A DNA stretch of 64,000 bases from Dimorphilus gyrociliatus (lineage: Eukaryota; Animalia; Annelida): assembly GCA_904063045.1 (NCBI GenBank), contig CAJFCJ010000007.1:4037404-4101403 (forward strand), given 5' to 3'. A model generated the notes under the pieces. That model was not told the origin of the DNA, did not search any database, and saw nothing but the letters and a program-made list of their open reading frames with translations. This document shows positions 13,634 to 26,493 of this stretch, piece after piece; position 1 is the stretch's first letter; each line of letters opens with the position of its first letter. The position numbers and the translations under genes are program-made.

Positions 13634-14936
13634 ATGAATTCAGATTTAAAGAAAAGCTCTGATGCAAAGTAAGGTTTTACTTTTGAATCTTATATTTATA
13701 CAGTTAAATAAACTTAAGATATTTAATTGCAGCTATGTTGTTCTTTTTATTCAAATGCAATCAAGCTCAAATATATCTGAAGATTCTGTTGATATCGTCT
13801 ATTCCCTTGGTAATTTAGAAACCATATCAACAATAAGAGGATCTATAGTTACCTTAACAGATTTACTTAAAAGGATAACTAATAATTCACCAGTATGTTT
13901 ATCGTTGAAAAAACATGACGATCCACCGGAGGATTTAACGATCACATGCTCTAAATACGATACAAACTTTCTTATTATTGGACAAATGGATTCTACATTC
14001 TCTGTAGCTAAGGAAAAGTATGAAAATTTTGAAAATTTTTTAAAATTTGTCTATGGATCTGTTAATGAAGCATTTCAGGAGAAGAATTTTAAACATTTAA
14101 ACAATTATTTAATGAATATCATTGATTGTCGAGATTTCTTTATAAAAGGTATAAGTTTAACTGATCTGCTACGTTTGGAAATTGATGATATTGCAACGTC
14201 TATAGAATCTGAAGTATCTGTGATAGGGTTGTTAATATTTTACGAAGACTCTCTTGTTTTGAATCATGTTGAAAGTAGTATTTTACACGATCTTAATTTA
14301 GTTAGAATATCGATAAATCCTCCAAAATATGGAATAACAGGTGTTACTTGTAAAGAAGGATGGGTTATGATGATAAGATGGGAATTAATAACAATACAAC
14401 TAATCCTCGACGAAGCTCCTATGTCAAGTTTGGCTAGGAAATTACGAAATTTAGCAGAAAGATACGAAGGTTTTTCACAAGAATTACAACAATTAAAGAA
14501 TACTAACATCTGCACAGTTGAAAAACCAGAACATTTTGTTAAAGGCAGAAAATCTAAGGAACTTTATGATTACAATCAAATCAACGATCCTAAATACGCT
14601 CCAAAGATAAAAGTAACAAGTGGTTGCGACAATACATTAATATTTTATACCATATTTAGTAATGGTAGAAAGGGTATTAAAATTCAACCAGAAGTTTTAA
14701 ACGGCACTAACTCTGCATGGTTCATAGAATATGAAGAAAAATTGAATTATATCCTGGATCTATTGGAGAATGATGAACTTTGTACCGAATATAGAATTCT
14801 TTTTACAATTAACGATATCAAATTCTGGATTTCCGGTTGTCGTATAGTTAATGACTTTTTTTTTACTTGCGTCCAAGACTCATCTGTTCAAAATTCACCT
14901 GAATTGTGCTTTAAGCTACTTAGTTCAAGAGTTTAA
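13634..14936 (+). CDS. INTU: Inturned-like CPLANE/longin protein, divergent and shortened (about 430 aa, 2 exons)
   Basis: IRGSIVTLTDLL, FLKFVYGSVNEAF, KVTSGCDNTLIFY and C-terminal FWISG...TCVQDSSVQNSPELCFKL resemble INTU segments (VRGIFLTLCDML, TLKFMYGSLDSAF, LTSGPENTLFHY, YWVVGR...VCFHDS...EIAFKL). The first exon (MNSDLKKSSDA) is inferred from an in-frame gtaagg...ttgcag intron. Confidence 0.72.
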
Positions 14937-14976
14937 AAATTGTATACATTGATTATTTCTTTATTTCCTTTCAATA

Positions 14977-16430
14977 TTAAAACTTTTCATTGACTTTTTC
15001 AAGCATTGTTTTTAATGTACTCATTGTAAAATCCCATAATTTTTCTTGTTCTTTTCTATTGTTACATACGGTTAGGGAATGAAATCTTTTACAATTTGAT
15101 AAATAAAGACCACCGGTTCCTTCTATTTCAGTTGACATAACCGAGTGAATAATAGTATCTGCTCCTTGGTCTGCAGTCTAAAAATATATAATACAACAGT
15201 ATAATACAGTATCTCTTCGACCTTTAAATTTGATATTGAAAGTACCTTGAACAGAATTCTAAGTTTATTGAGAAACCAAGAAGTTGTTGTATGTAAATTT
15301 TCATATAAATCAGTGTTAACAACACCAGGATGACAAGAATTGACTGTTACAAGAGATCCGTTGGCCATTAATTGACGATGTAGCATATTCCCAAACATAA
15401 TTTGGCATAGTTTTGACTCGCAGTATGCCCTATGAGACGAGAAATATGATCTGGAGAACAAAACACATCGTTTTTCTATAATTATTACTAAGTAATCAAT
15501 AAACAAACCTTTTTATCATAGAATCAACTGAAAAAGGATAAGTTGCATAATGAGCGTGGGAGGATACATTTACAATTCGACTTTGTCGACCAATTTCTCC
15601 ACTTTCCTTTAAAAAATCCAATAACAGTAGAGATAGCAGTACATGCCCTAGATAATTAACCATAATTTCTTCTTCTAAACCACACTCCGTGTTTGTATAG
15701 GATGTTAACATAACGCCAGCTGTATAATATACAATTGCTTATTAGCCTAATACATTATCACTTTAATTGATATATGCCAGATTATTTACCATTATTTATT
15801 AAAATATTCAACTGTAATTCTCGTTTTTTAAATTCAGCTACAAAATTCTTTATTGACTTTACTGACGATAAGTCCAACATCAGATATTCAACTAAATAAT
15901 CATTAGTTCTTTCAACACTATTATTCAATTAACAAATTAATATAAATTAATATTTACCTTTTGCTTTTCTATTTTGACTTTTTATTGTTTCAATAGCATG
16001 AATAGCTTCTTTCTTACATCTGCTAGCTTTTCGTTATAAAGTTATTAAAACTCTTACAAAGTTATAAAACAAAGTTACCTATTATTACGTGGACGTTGAG
16101 GCGAGCCAACTTTTTTACAACACTTAACCCTATACCCTTTGCTCCTCCAGTAACTATAGCAACTAGATTATTTCCATTTCTTAGAGCTGTAAGTTTAATA
16201 TAACAAGATTTTCATTTATTCGAATTAAAAGAAATCAACGAATATTACGAAAAAATAAAATTATCGCTTGCTTTAGTAGTAGATTAAAACTTACATTTTG
16301 GCCTTGAGTGAGGCTTTAATATTTGAAACAGCAATATAAATGCCGAAAATATATATAACTTCACAGCAAAGTAAATACTGAGGTAGAATCCCAGAGAAAA
16401 GAATAACATTTTATTGAAAAAAGTGAACAT
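14977..16430 (-). CDS. DHRSX: Short-chain dehydrogenase/reductase, DHRSX-like (multi-exon)
   Basis: N-terminal hydrophobic anchor, VAIVTGGAKGIG (TGxxxGxG), LINN|AGVM, NYLGH, LKESGEIGRQSRIVNVSS, catalytic AYCESK (YxxxK) and HPGVVNTDLY. Closest remembered match is DHRSX. Confidence 0.8.
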
Positions 16431-16869
16431 TCTACAGTGGTTCCATCTAGGATTTTTAAAATTTGTGATCATTTTATAGGTCAATGTAAACGTAATGACT
16501 TTACCGACTTTAAAATAAATATTCAATGATTTTTTCATTATATTGATGATATAAAAACTGTGATTCATACTGATAAGATCAGTTACTAATAAATATTTTA
16601 TAAATAAGCGGATAGATGGCGTAGCGAGAGGAAAAAATTTCCTTTTGACAACATTGGAGCTGTATTTCGTGATATTAAGTGATAAATGCTTGACAAAGAA
16701 GTGTAATGAAAATCCTTAATTATCTCTAAAAGAATATACAATAATTTATACATATTATTTTAAATAATATTTGAAAGACAAAAATTACATTCTTCACTTC
16801 TATTTTCGAGGATTTCTTTTAAATCGAATTTCCTGCGTAAATCAATTTTCCAAGAAAACATAATACGAA

Positions 16870-19800
16870 ATGCCTAAATTAAAAGACTTGTATATTGGAA
16901 CGTGTTTAGGAGATTTAAAGGTGAAAGCTGAAATAAATGACAAACACACACCAAATCTGTAAGCATTTATGTTTGTAAACATTAGTTGACTATAAACAAT
17001 TTTTAATTTTTAGATTGGCGAAATCGGTGAAAAAACTTTGTGAAGAGGCTAATAAAGCCGAAAAAGATGGAGATCAAGAAAGGGCATACGTTTTATACAT
17101 GAGAATGTTAAATATCTATGTTGCTATAAGAAAGTCTTCAGAATACAAGAAAGATAAGGTTTGTGTAGAGTGTACTAATCGATTTGAAATCAAAATGTAT
17201 TATTCATATTGAAAGAACACATGATCTCCATAATATACTAAATATATATATTATAAATTCAATTTGATAGAAATACTATGATGAAATGATTCAAGCAAAA
17301 AAAGCTGGTAAAATTATGGAAACTCTCGAAGATCTAGGCGATCAACTAAAAACTAGATACGACGAAGTGTTAGCTAAAAAAGCGGGAGAGAAAATTGCTG
17401 AAGAGAAAGAAGCTAGAGAGTTGAAAGAAAAGGAGAAAATACACAGGCAACAAGTTAACGAAAAGAATGCTGAAAGAGAATCAAGTAATGTTCTAATTAT
17501 TATTCCATATAAGCCATGTCAAAAAGGAACTAATCTTTTATATATTTCATTATTTTTTCTAGTAAAATCTTCAACTGATATTGACCCTTTAAGATTGAAA
17601 GAAATCTTAAATGATCCAGAATTAACAACCCTGATTATAGATATTCGGCCTATAGAAGAGTACAATCAATCTCATATGAAATTAGATAATTTGATTCATA
17701 TTCCTTCAACAAAATTACCACCAGGGTATGTAATCAAAGATAAATATTTAAGAACCAAGTGAACATGGTTTTATTATATTTATCACTTCTTTACGGATTA
17801 TATAGTATATACGTGAAGAAAATTGAGGAGGAACTCTCTAAAGAATATTTATCATTGTGGAAAAAAAGATCTTCATTCGATGTCGTAGTTCTTGTTGATT
17901 CAAAATCTTACTATCAAACGGTGGCAGAAAATCACTTGGATCCACTCATTGCTCTAAAGAAAGCCTTATATGTGGTAATTATATGTTAACTGAAGCGTTC
18001 ACTTTGGGAATCTCTACAAATTATTCCTATATTTATTCCATTTTTAGTTTGATAATCAACCTTTAGCCAGTGAACCAGTCATATTAAATGGAGGCTTTCA
18101 AGAATGGCACTATACATTCCCTATGGAAAATACTGGTTCATACCATTTTGACTTGGATTCTGATGGCCCAAATAAGAAAGCCAAAGAAGAACGTATGTTT
18201 TAAAATTTAGTTCATTAATTTGCTCTTAAAAAGCTATAAAATCCATTTAAAAATGTATAAATAGTTGAAAATTTGACCTACGAATTCGAGGACAAAAAAC
18301 CGCAAATTCCGGAAGTGTTAGCGAGTGTTCCCATTCCTGACCGCTCGAAGAAACCACTAATACATCCTAAGCAAACTGTAGCTAAGAAAATTGAAACGAA
18401 AGATGATGAAATTCCTGATGCTATCATTCCTTCTGAAAGTATAAGTATTGAAAAGGAAAAGAAAGTTAAAATACGAGATATTCCTCGCGTTGATCGTACT
18501 AAAAAGCCACCAGAAAAGACTATTAAGGAGGATAAACCGAAAGAAACGAATTTAGATGAAATTAAGAAGCAAAATGAGTAAATAGAGATAAAATTAATTA
18601 AATGATTAAGATAATCTTTCATATTACTTTTTTAAAATAAGACTTGAAGAGTTGAAAAAAGAAGAGGCTCGCTTAATAAAAGCCAATTTACAGCGAGAAG
18701 AAGAACTTGAAAGATTAAAATCTCAGACTAAGGAAGCAGCTGAAAAACACGCTGCACTTTTAAGACAGTCTAAAAAGATAAATGAAGAAGTTAAGGTACG
18801 AAGTGAACATTTTTATGTTTTATTTATTTATTTTTTTTCTATAAAGAAAAATTAGTATCATTATAAGATATATAATTGTAAGAAAATTTAAGATACAGCA
18901 ACAAGAAGAACTAAACAGATTAAAATCTCAGACTCAGGCAGAGGCTGAAAGACAAGCTGCGCTTTTAAGGAAATCTAGAAAGATAAATGAAGAGTTTAAA
19001 GTACGAAAGATGTATTTCTATAAGTAAAGAAACAAGAGAAACTATATCATATTTTTTTTACCTTAAGAATTTAGAGGAAAGAAAAGAAAGCGAAAGCAAA
19101 ACTAGTGATCTCCATTCAAAATCAAAAGAGTCAGACGAGATATTGTAATATTTTCATTTTCATTTTTAGTCTATTTTTTAAACTCTATAATGATTAATTT
19201 GACTGATTAGGAAGAAAGATAGGGATCACAAGGGAAGCGTCTATCCAACAAATGCAGAATTTGTAATATATTTTTTGAGCTTTATTTAATATATATGCAT
19301 ATAGTTTCTTTATTAATTAATTAACTATTTGATTGATTGATTGATTGATTAACTTACCTAATCTATGTTTAACAAATTAAACAATTAAGATATATTTTTT
19401 TATACAAATAGAAACCAAATATTGAAATAAAGCCTACAAGTAATGGAGAATTAAACACTATTATCAAAAATATTGAAGACAAGATACACATTACGGAGGT
19501 AAAAGAAGATCAAAATAAGAAGGGTATCTATTTCTCTCTAGTCTAAATATTTGAATATATTTGTATTTATTTATTTATCTATTTTATAACGAATTTCTGT
19601 AGTTTCAAATGAAGATTTACCTAGAGGATTTCAGAAGATTTACGATTCTAAATTAGATAAATACGTATTCCGCGATCATAAAACTGACAAAATCTATACT
19701 GAAATACCGAAAGAACTAATGAAGAAAAATGATACTATACCTAAAAAACTACCACAACAGCAGAAACCAGTTCATATTTCAAGTACGTCGTATATATATA

Positions 19801-21803
19801 TATATACAGTATTTATATAATCTTTCTTCGTTTCTTTCATTTAGGAATGCCAACAACTCTATCTGCAACAACTGCAAATATTAATACTGCCAAGTTAAAA
19901 GATGAACCTACTACGCCATCTTCATCAAAGTTAAAAAGAAGTCCTTCTTCTCCATTTATTGCCCAAACGGGTCAATCAACAGATTCGGCTGTTTCGAAAG
20001 ATTCATTCAAGTTGGATAGACCACAAATTGATAGAACAACTAAACCATTAAATAGGTAAAAGTCAATTATACAATTTAGGGATATAATTAAATACTTAAG
20101 AAAGTACTTGCTTTTTAGTGCCCAATCACCTTTTGCAAAAGTGCCTGCAAAAGTAAGAAACTTCAATCCTGTTTATGGAAGTGTAAGTTATAATTATTAT
20201 CATTTTATTATTATATTTATTCAATTTTATTCAATTTCTTTTCTATATAGGTTGAATACGGTCTGACTGGTTTAAGAAATATGGGCAATACTTGTTATAT
20301 GAACTCAACAATTCAATGTTTAAGTTTTACAGTACAATTAACAAATTATTTTATATCGAAACAATACGAAAATGATATAAATTTGTAAATATTTCTTTTA
20401 ATCATTATTATATTATTTCTATACTTTTTAATAACGTTTTTTTTCTATTTATTCGCATAATAGACACAACAAATTAGGAACTGGAGGAGAAATTGCTAAT
20501 GAATACGCGCATTTAATACAAAATTTATGGAGTGGTCATAATCGTAGTATTACTCCAATTGACTTTCGAGTATATTCTTTAATATAATTACCATTCTTAT
20601 ATGATAATTAATATAAATATTTTTCTTATAGGAAGTTATTATTAAACATAATGATCTATTTTGTGGATTTGAACAACAAGATTCGCAAGAATTGTTTATA
20701 TTTTTAATGGATAGATTACACGAAGATTTAAATAAAGTTACTAAAAGAATACCTATCTCAGAACAGAATAATGATAAGCTTCCTGATGATGAAGCGGCAA
20801 GAAGAGCTTGGGATATGCATACAAAAATTAATAAATCAAAAATTGTTGATTTATTTCATGTATGTAATAATAAAGAAAATAATTATTTATCTTATTAATT
20901 TTTTCATTATAGGGTCAACTCAAATCTACTTTAACTTGTAACCATTGTAAGAAAAAATCAGTAACGTTTGATATATTTATGTATCTGTCGTTACCGCTTT
21001 CGTCAACTTCAAAATGCTCTTTACAAGTTTGTAAAAATATTCTTTTATCTTTAATTAAATAATATTTATTTCAATTTTTTTTATTTAAAGGATTGTATAG
21101 CAAAATTTCAATCAAACGAAGAAATGACTGGATCGAGTAGATGGAGATGTCCAAATTGTAAAACGGATAGAGATGCAGTCAAAAATATAGTTATTTGGAA
21201 ATTACCAAAAATTCTAATTGTTCATTTGAAAAGGTATAGTTCTATTGTTTCTTATTTTCTTCTTTTTACTGTATTTTTACTATTGTTATTGATTTAAACA
21301 TTAGATTCTATCAAGATGGTCGGTGGAGACAGAAATTGACCACTGTAGTTGATTTTCCAATTGAAAAGTTGGATATGACCCAAAATACTTTTGGTGAAAG
21401 ACCTGAACCTTATCATTTATACGCTATATCGGTAAATCTTATACGGTTTATGATTAATAATTAATAATCAGCATCTCTATTTTTTTTTTTGTAATTAGCA
21501 TCACAGCGGATCATTAGACGTTGGACATTGTAAGAACCTAATTTATCTATATTACAGCTTTATTAAAACTAATATTTCTTTATATTCTATAATTTTTAGA
21601 TACTGCATTCTGTAGATATCCTAAAACTAGCCAATGGTACAAATTTGACGACACGGAAGTACGTGCAGTACCTACAGGAGATATACAGGTCTCATATCTT
21701 TAAACATCTATTAACTATTGATAATAATTTTATTAATTTTTCATCACATTAGACTTCTGGAGCATATTTCCTCCTCTACGCATCCGATAAATTGAAGAAA
21801 TAA
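16870..21803 (+). CDS. USP8: Ubiquitin carboxyl-terminal hydrolase 8 (many small exons)
   Basis: MIT domain (DGDQERAYVLYMR), rhodanese domain (TTLIIDIRPIEEYNQSHM), 14-3-3 motif KRSPSSP, Cys box GLTGLRNMGNTCYMNSTIQCL, QQDSQE, LIVHLKRF and His box HHSGSLDVGH|YTAFCR. Confidence 0.95.
19329..19350. repeat. (TTGA)n tetranucleotide run in a USP8 intron
   Basis: tttgattgattgattgattgatt. Confidence 0.8.
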
Positions 21804-22547
21804 GAAAATCTTTTTCAATTGTATTCTTCACAAATTATTTCAATACGTTATTATATATATATATATATATCTACATATAAATATATATATACTGTATACT
21901 GTATGTACATATAAATGCCTGTGTGTACATGTATGTGTAAAACACTAATAACAAATTATTTTTTCTGTTTTTTTTTAAAAAACAATATTTATTAAAAATA
22001 TTTTTCCTTTTTTTCTTTTAACCAAACAAAATAGTATTTAAAAAAAAGGAAAAAAAATAAAACAACTATTTGATAAATGGCACTCTAATTTAAATATAAC
22101 TCTTTACAAAAACTTATACACATATACAGTATATTTATATATAATTATACTGTATAATATATGTGCGCTTTTAAATAAAATAACAAACTTAATTCCAATA
22201 ATAGAATTGTTTCAAGTAGAAAAATAGAATATAAATACATAAACAAAAAAGAAATATGGACGGAAAGTTAGTTTTATATAAAATATCTTTTACAAAGTAG
22301 TGACAAAAAGAGTGAGCAAAACTAAAGTAATATCCATAAAAAATACTGATTTTGTTGAGCTGGATATAAAAAAATCATGGCACTTTAGATTCTAATTTCG
22401 GAATCTGTTTTCCTTCTCTTCTTCTATTTCATAGATAATTTTGGTAGGAAACAAATAGACGGTTAAAAAAAAAAAGAAATTTACATGAAAACATAAGTGA
22501 TAGAGATTCAATTTTCTTTAATGAATGTTTTTTTTTACAAGTGCTAT

Positions 22548-25500
22548 TCAGGTAAAAAGAACTTCACTGTTCTTTTTTCCATATCGAGGAGTAGAAGGTA
22601 AACTACCTAATTCTGAATCACATTCAAGTGAGAATGGTTTTTGCAATACAGTTTTAATAATTTCCTCCAATTCTTTTAATATCGATAATTTCAATGAAAA
22701 ATTATCCTGTAGTGTCTTATGAATATTCGAAGGTGTCATGTAATAACTGTAAAATTAAATTCAATAACAATAATAATGATTGAAAAAGAAATATTACCGA
22801 AATTCTTCAAGGAAATGGTCTCTTATCAACAAAGCTGGTTCTTCTAAAAATTGTATTAGTTTATATGTAACATTTATTTTATAATAAAGTATGACAAGAT
22901 CCTTTGGACTTAATTCGGAACATTCTCTTTTTGGTCTACATGTCTCAACAACAGTTTCAACAGTTTTCAATATAAATGAAGGCTAAAATGATAAGATTTT
23001 TTTTATTGATTATTCAATTGATATTGAAATAATAAAAACTTACTAAACTTTCAGTAGACTGTACTTGTTTCATTAGCCAATTTACATTAAAGAAAGATTC
23101 GCGACTCTCTGTCCAAGTTGATTGTTCAGCTGCAAGTATTAGCCTATTCATAAGAGTAATATTTGCATTCAATATTTCTATTCTTTTCTCGTTAAACTGT
23201 TTTTTTAAAAAAAAAGTCAATAATTTTAAGATCGCTAAATTCCATTTAAAAATGAAAGAAAATAAAATATACTACCTCTTTCCTTTGAGAAGTTGTAAAA
23301 GATTCTAAACATAAACCTTTATGATCATCCATTACAATCTAATATTTAAGTTAAAAGTTTGTAATACTGGTATTAAATGTATAATATTATCAATATTTAT
23401 ATACAAACATGTAACAATTCAACTAAATTGACTCCTTCATTGGCTTTTAATACTATTTGCCTTGCAAATATTACTTCAGTTTCCGTAAGCATACTTATTA
23501 AAGTATCAATTATCAAAAGACCCATTTCTAACGAATTCATTACGGTATTGAACTTTTTCAAAGTATTTTTACCCATTAAAGTTGCTTTAAGAACAGTAAT
23601 CAACTTGGTAAACAGTTCATTATCCTAATAAAATAAATATTGATAATTTTTATGAAACGAAACTTAAAGAAACTTAACGAACCTTCCAAAAGTGTTTCCT
23701 TAAGGCAAAGTTCCTTTCGGACGTTGTATATAATTCTTCAACGGCCAGGAAAAATTTATTCTTGTCGTTAATATTACAATGCATTATCTCATTTTTCAAA
23801 ACATTGAATAGTATACTTAATTTCTCACTGTTATTTAATTGAAAAGTAATAAAGATAAATAGATGAATAAGTAATTATTTTTATGAATATTCATCATATA
23901 TTTATATATAGTTTGAAAATAAATACAAATAAAAAATACTTGATAGTGATCTATTAAATGCTTTAAGTGATTTGTTTTCTGATTTAAATGACAACACAAT
24001 GTACTTACAGATAAGTCATTTTTGCTTTATTATCCCTTTTTTAAATTATAATTTATTCATAATTAAAAATAATATTTTATTTTGCATAAATTATAATAAT
24101 CTTAATAAGATTATATAGTTAATTGAGAAAAGGATGAAGAGAGTTAAAAACTTACAAGGCCGAATATCTCTGTTTCTTTTCTCTTATTATTTTATAGTCA
24201 GGTTCTAATTCTAAAGTTGAACGCTAAATAAAATACGGTTGTTCATTAATAGGTTATTAATTAATTGATGAAATAAATAACTAACTATATGGTAACTATT
24301 TAGGGCAGCTTTAAGTAGCATGTAGAATGTAGAGGTATGTCTTAAGATATAAAGATCCATTTTCTTACGCTTAGATAAGGAACTGTGTATATAAAGGATA
24401 CAAACATTTGAAATTATTGATAAGATATGCATGCATATATACTGTATACTATACAGTAGGCTGCAAACAACAGGTGTTTTTTATTGAATTTATAACCATA
24501 CCTTGATTTTATGGATCTTGGTGTTGAACCATTATCACTTCCGTTTGTACTTAGTGATGATAAGTCAAGTTTTAAATCTTCGCCATCACTTGGAGAATCG
24601 GAAAAGGATAGCGTTTTTTCCATTCCATTTGAAGTATCGCTGCTTAGATTGCTAAGATTCGACGCTGTTTGTTTTATATAAACAGTATATAGATAATATT
24701 ATTAAAAGCAACTTTTATTTTAGATTAAGCCTAATCCATTTAAAAGTTAACTAACCATTTGAATCTGTTCTCCTCGGACTAGGCGGTGGTGTGGAATTGA
24801 TTTTACGTAAGGATTTACTGGGAGTCCAAGATAATCTTGGTGATATACCTTCCTTAATTTTACTAGTATCTTCCTCTTTATATTCAATCGTTATATGTTG
24901 AGTATTAATTTGATCGTCCCCAGTTAAAAAGGGTGGTAATACGTCCGACTGAATAGTTTAAAAATAGAACATGTTTTTAATAACTTGGCCTACCAAAAAA
25001 AATGTGTATGTGCTTGTGAACTTTTAGTGTTTTTTCTTTGTCCTAATCCCTTACTTATATATAGAAATAGTGATATATTTGGTAAATTTTTCTCTTTTTT
25101 TCTCTTTTTTACGCTACGGTCAGCAGAAAAAAGAAATACGTTAATCTCGTATTAAAAAAGTCATATTAGCTCTTTTTATTAATATAAATTTATACTGAAT
25201 GTATTCAGAATATAAAAAATAAAGAATAGGAATAGTAATTCAAATAAGAGAAATATTAACTTTCAAAGAAACTTGAACCTATTGAAAGCATTAGGTCGCG
25301 GTTCAAGAAATTATAGAACTACTTTAAATAATCAAGGTTTCCTATTCGAAATCAATTAAATAAATCTTAATCAATGAATCAACTCTAAAGCTATTAGTTT
25401 TATTGTTTAATAGGTTTAATTTAGTATTCTTTTTATGCAATTTTCCAATATAAATTCACTTTATCATTGTTTCTAAGTTAATTATTGTAATCAACTATTC

Positions 25501-25803
25501 TTTGCTATTTTGTCTTGTAGATAACGAAAATAGGAAGATGGAAAAACCTAAGTAACTTACCAATCTTACAGTGATGATTTTAGATAATTCTAATCCTTTT
25601 TGTAATTTTGTCGGTGGTTTATTCGTAAAATCAATTGAATGTGGAGTTAGTATAACAAATTTTTCTCCTTGCTCTTTACCAAAATCGATTATGCAAGATT
25701 CAGTTGCTCTAACTTCTTCATAATATTTTTCATCTAATCTTTTAAGAAATAATTCCAATTTAGAACTTTTCTTTGAGTAGGCACTAGCTGTCCCATTCGA
25801 CAT
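22548..25803 (-). CDS. C12orf56: C12orf56 (DUF4551)-like uncharacterised protein (multi-exon; last exon uncertain)
   Basis: KKSSKLELFLKRLDEKYYEEVRATESCII, DLYILRHTSTFYMLLKAALNSYHI, RNFALRKHFWK, SMLTETE and IRDHFLEEF|RYYM parallel remembered human C12orf56 segments in the same order. Confidence 0.8.
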
Positions 25804-26456
25804 TTTACACTTTAAAAAATACTAATTCTATTACAGATTCATTGCCCAAGAATTCTACGTTCTGACTTGTAGTCACTAGCAACAGCTAAACAATTCAATA
25901 TACGATCAATCTAAAACTAGTTCGACGCTCATATTAGAGTATTAAATAATCATTGAATATTACTTCATCAAAGAGCGTTAGTGATGCTAAATTATTAACC
26001 ACTATCAGTAGAAAAAAATATCGACAAGTTTCACTTTTATCAGTTTCGAGACTGCTCTTAGTGTATTTTCGATAGCGGTAGTGAACATTTCGCGATAACG
26101 TAGTTTAGGCCTATATTCCTACTATATTTTACTTTGTTCTTAGTCAAAATAAAAGGGAATAAAAAGCCAGAAGAGGGTGACCAACTTTAAATAAATCAAA
26201 TATTTAATTTTCTAAAAAATATTCTAAAAGGTCATTAAAGAATATTCTTACGCTATGTTCTCTAATAATAATATCGAACAAGCAGGAAAGAATAACAAGA
26301 AAAAGTAGCAGAGATAAGAAAAAAATTGATAAAACATAAAGCAAAAGAGGAAGGAAAGAAAAAGATAAAAATGAAACAAAAGAACTATTGTTTATCTTGA
26401 CTTTTTAAAGTCAGTTTTAAGTATAGTTATACAACCATATCCTTATTCAATTCTCC

Positions 26457-26460
<4 letters not shown>

Positions 26461-26490
<30 letters not shown>
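26461..26490. repeat. (TC)15 microsatellite
   Basis: Directly visible. Confidence 0.95.
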
Positions 26491-26493
<3 letters not shown>

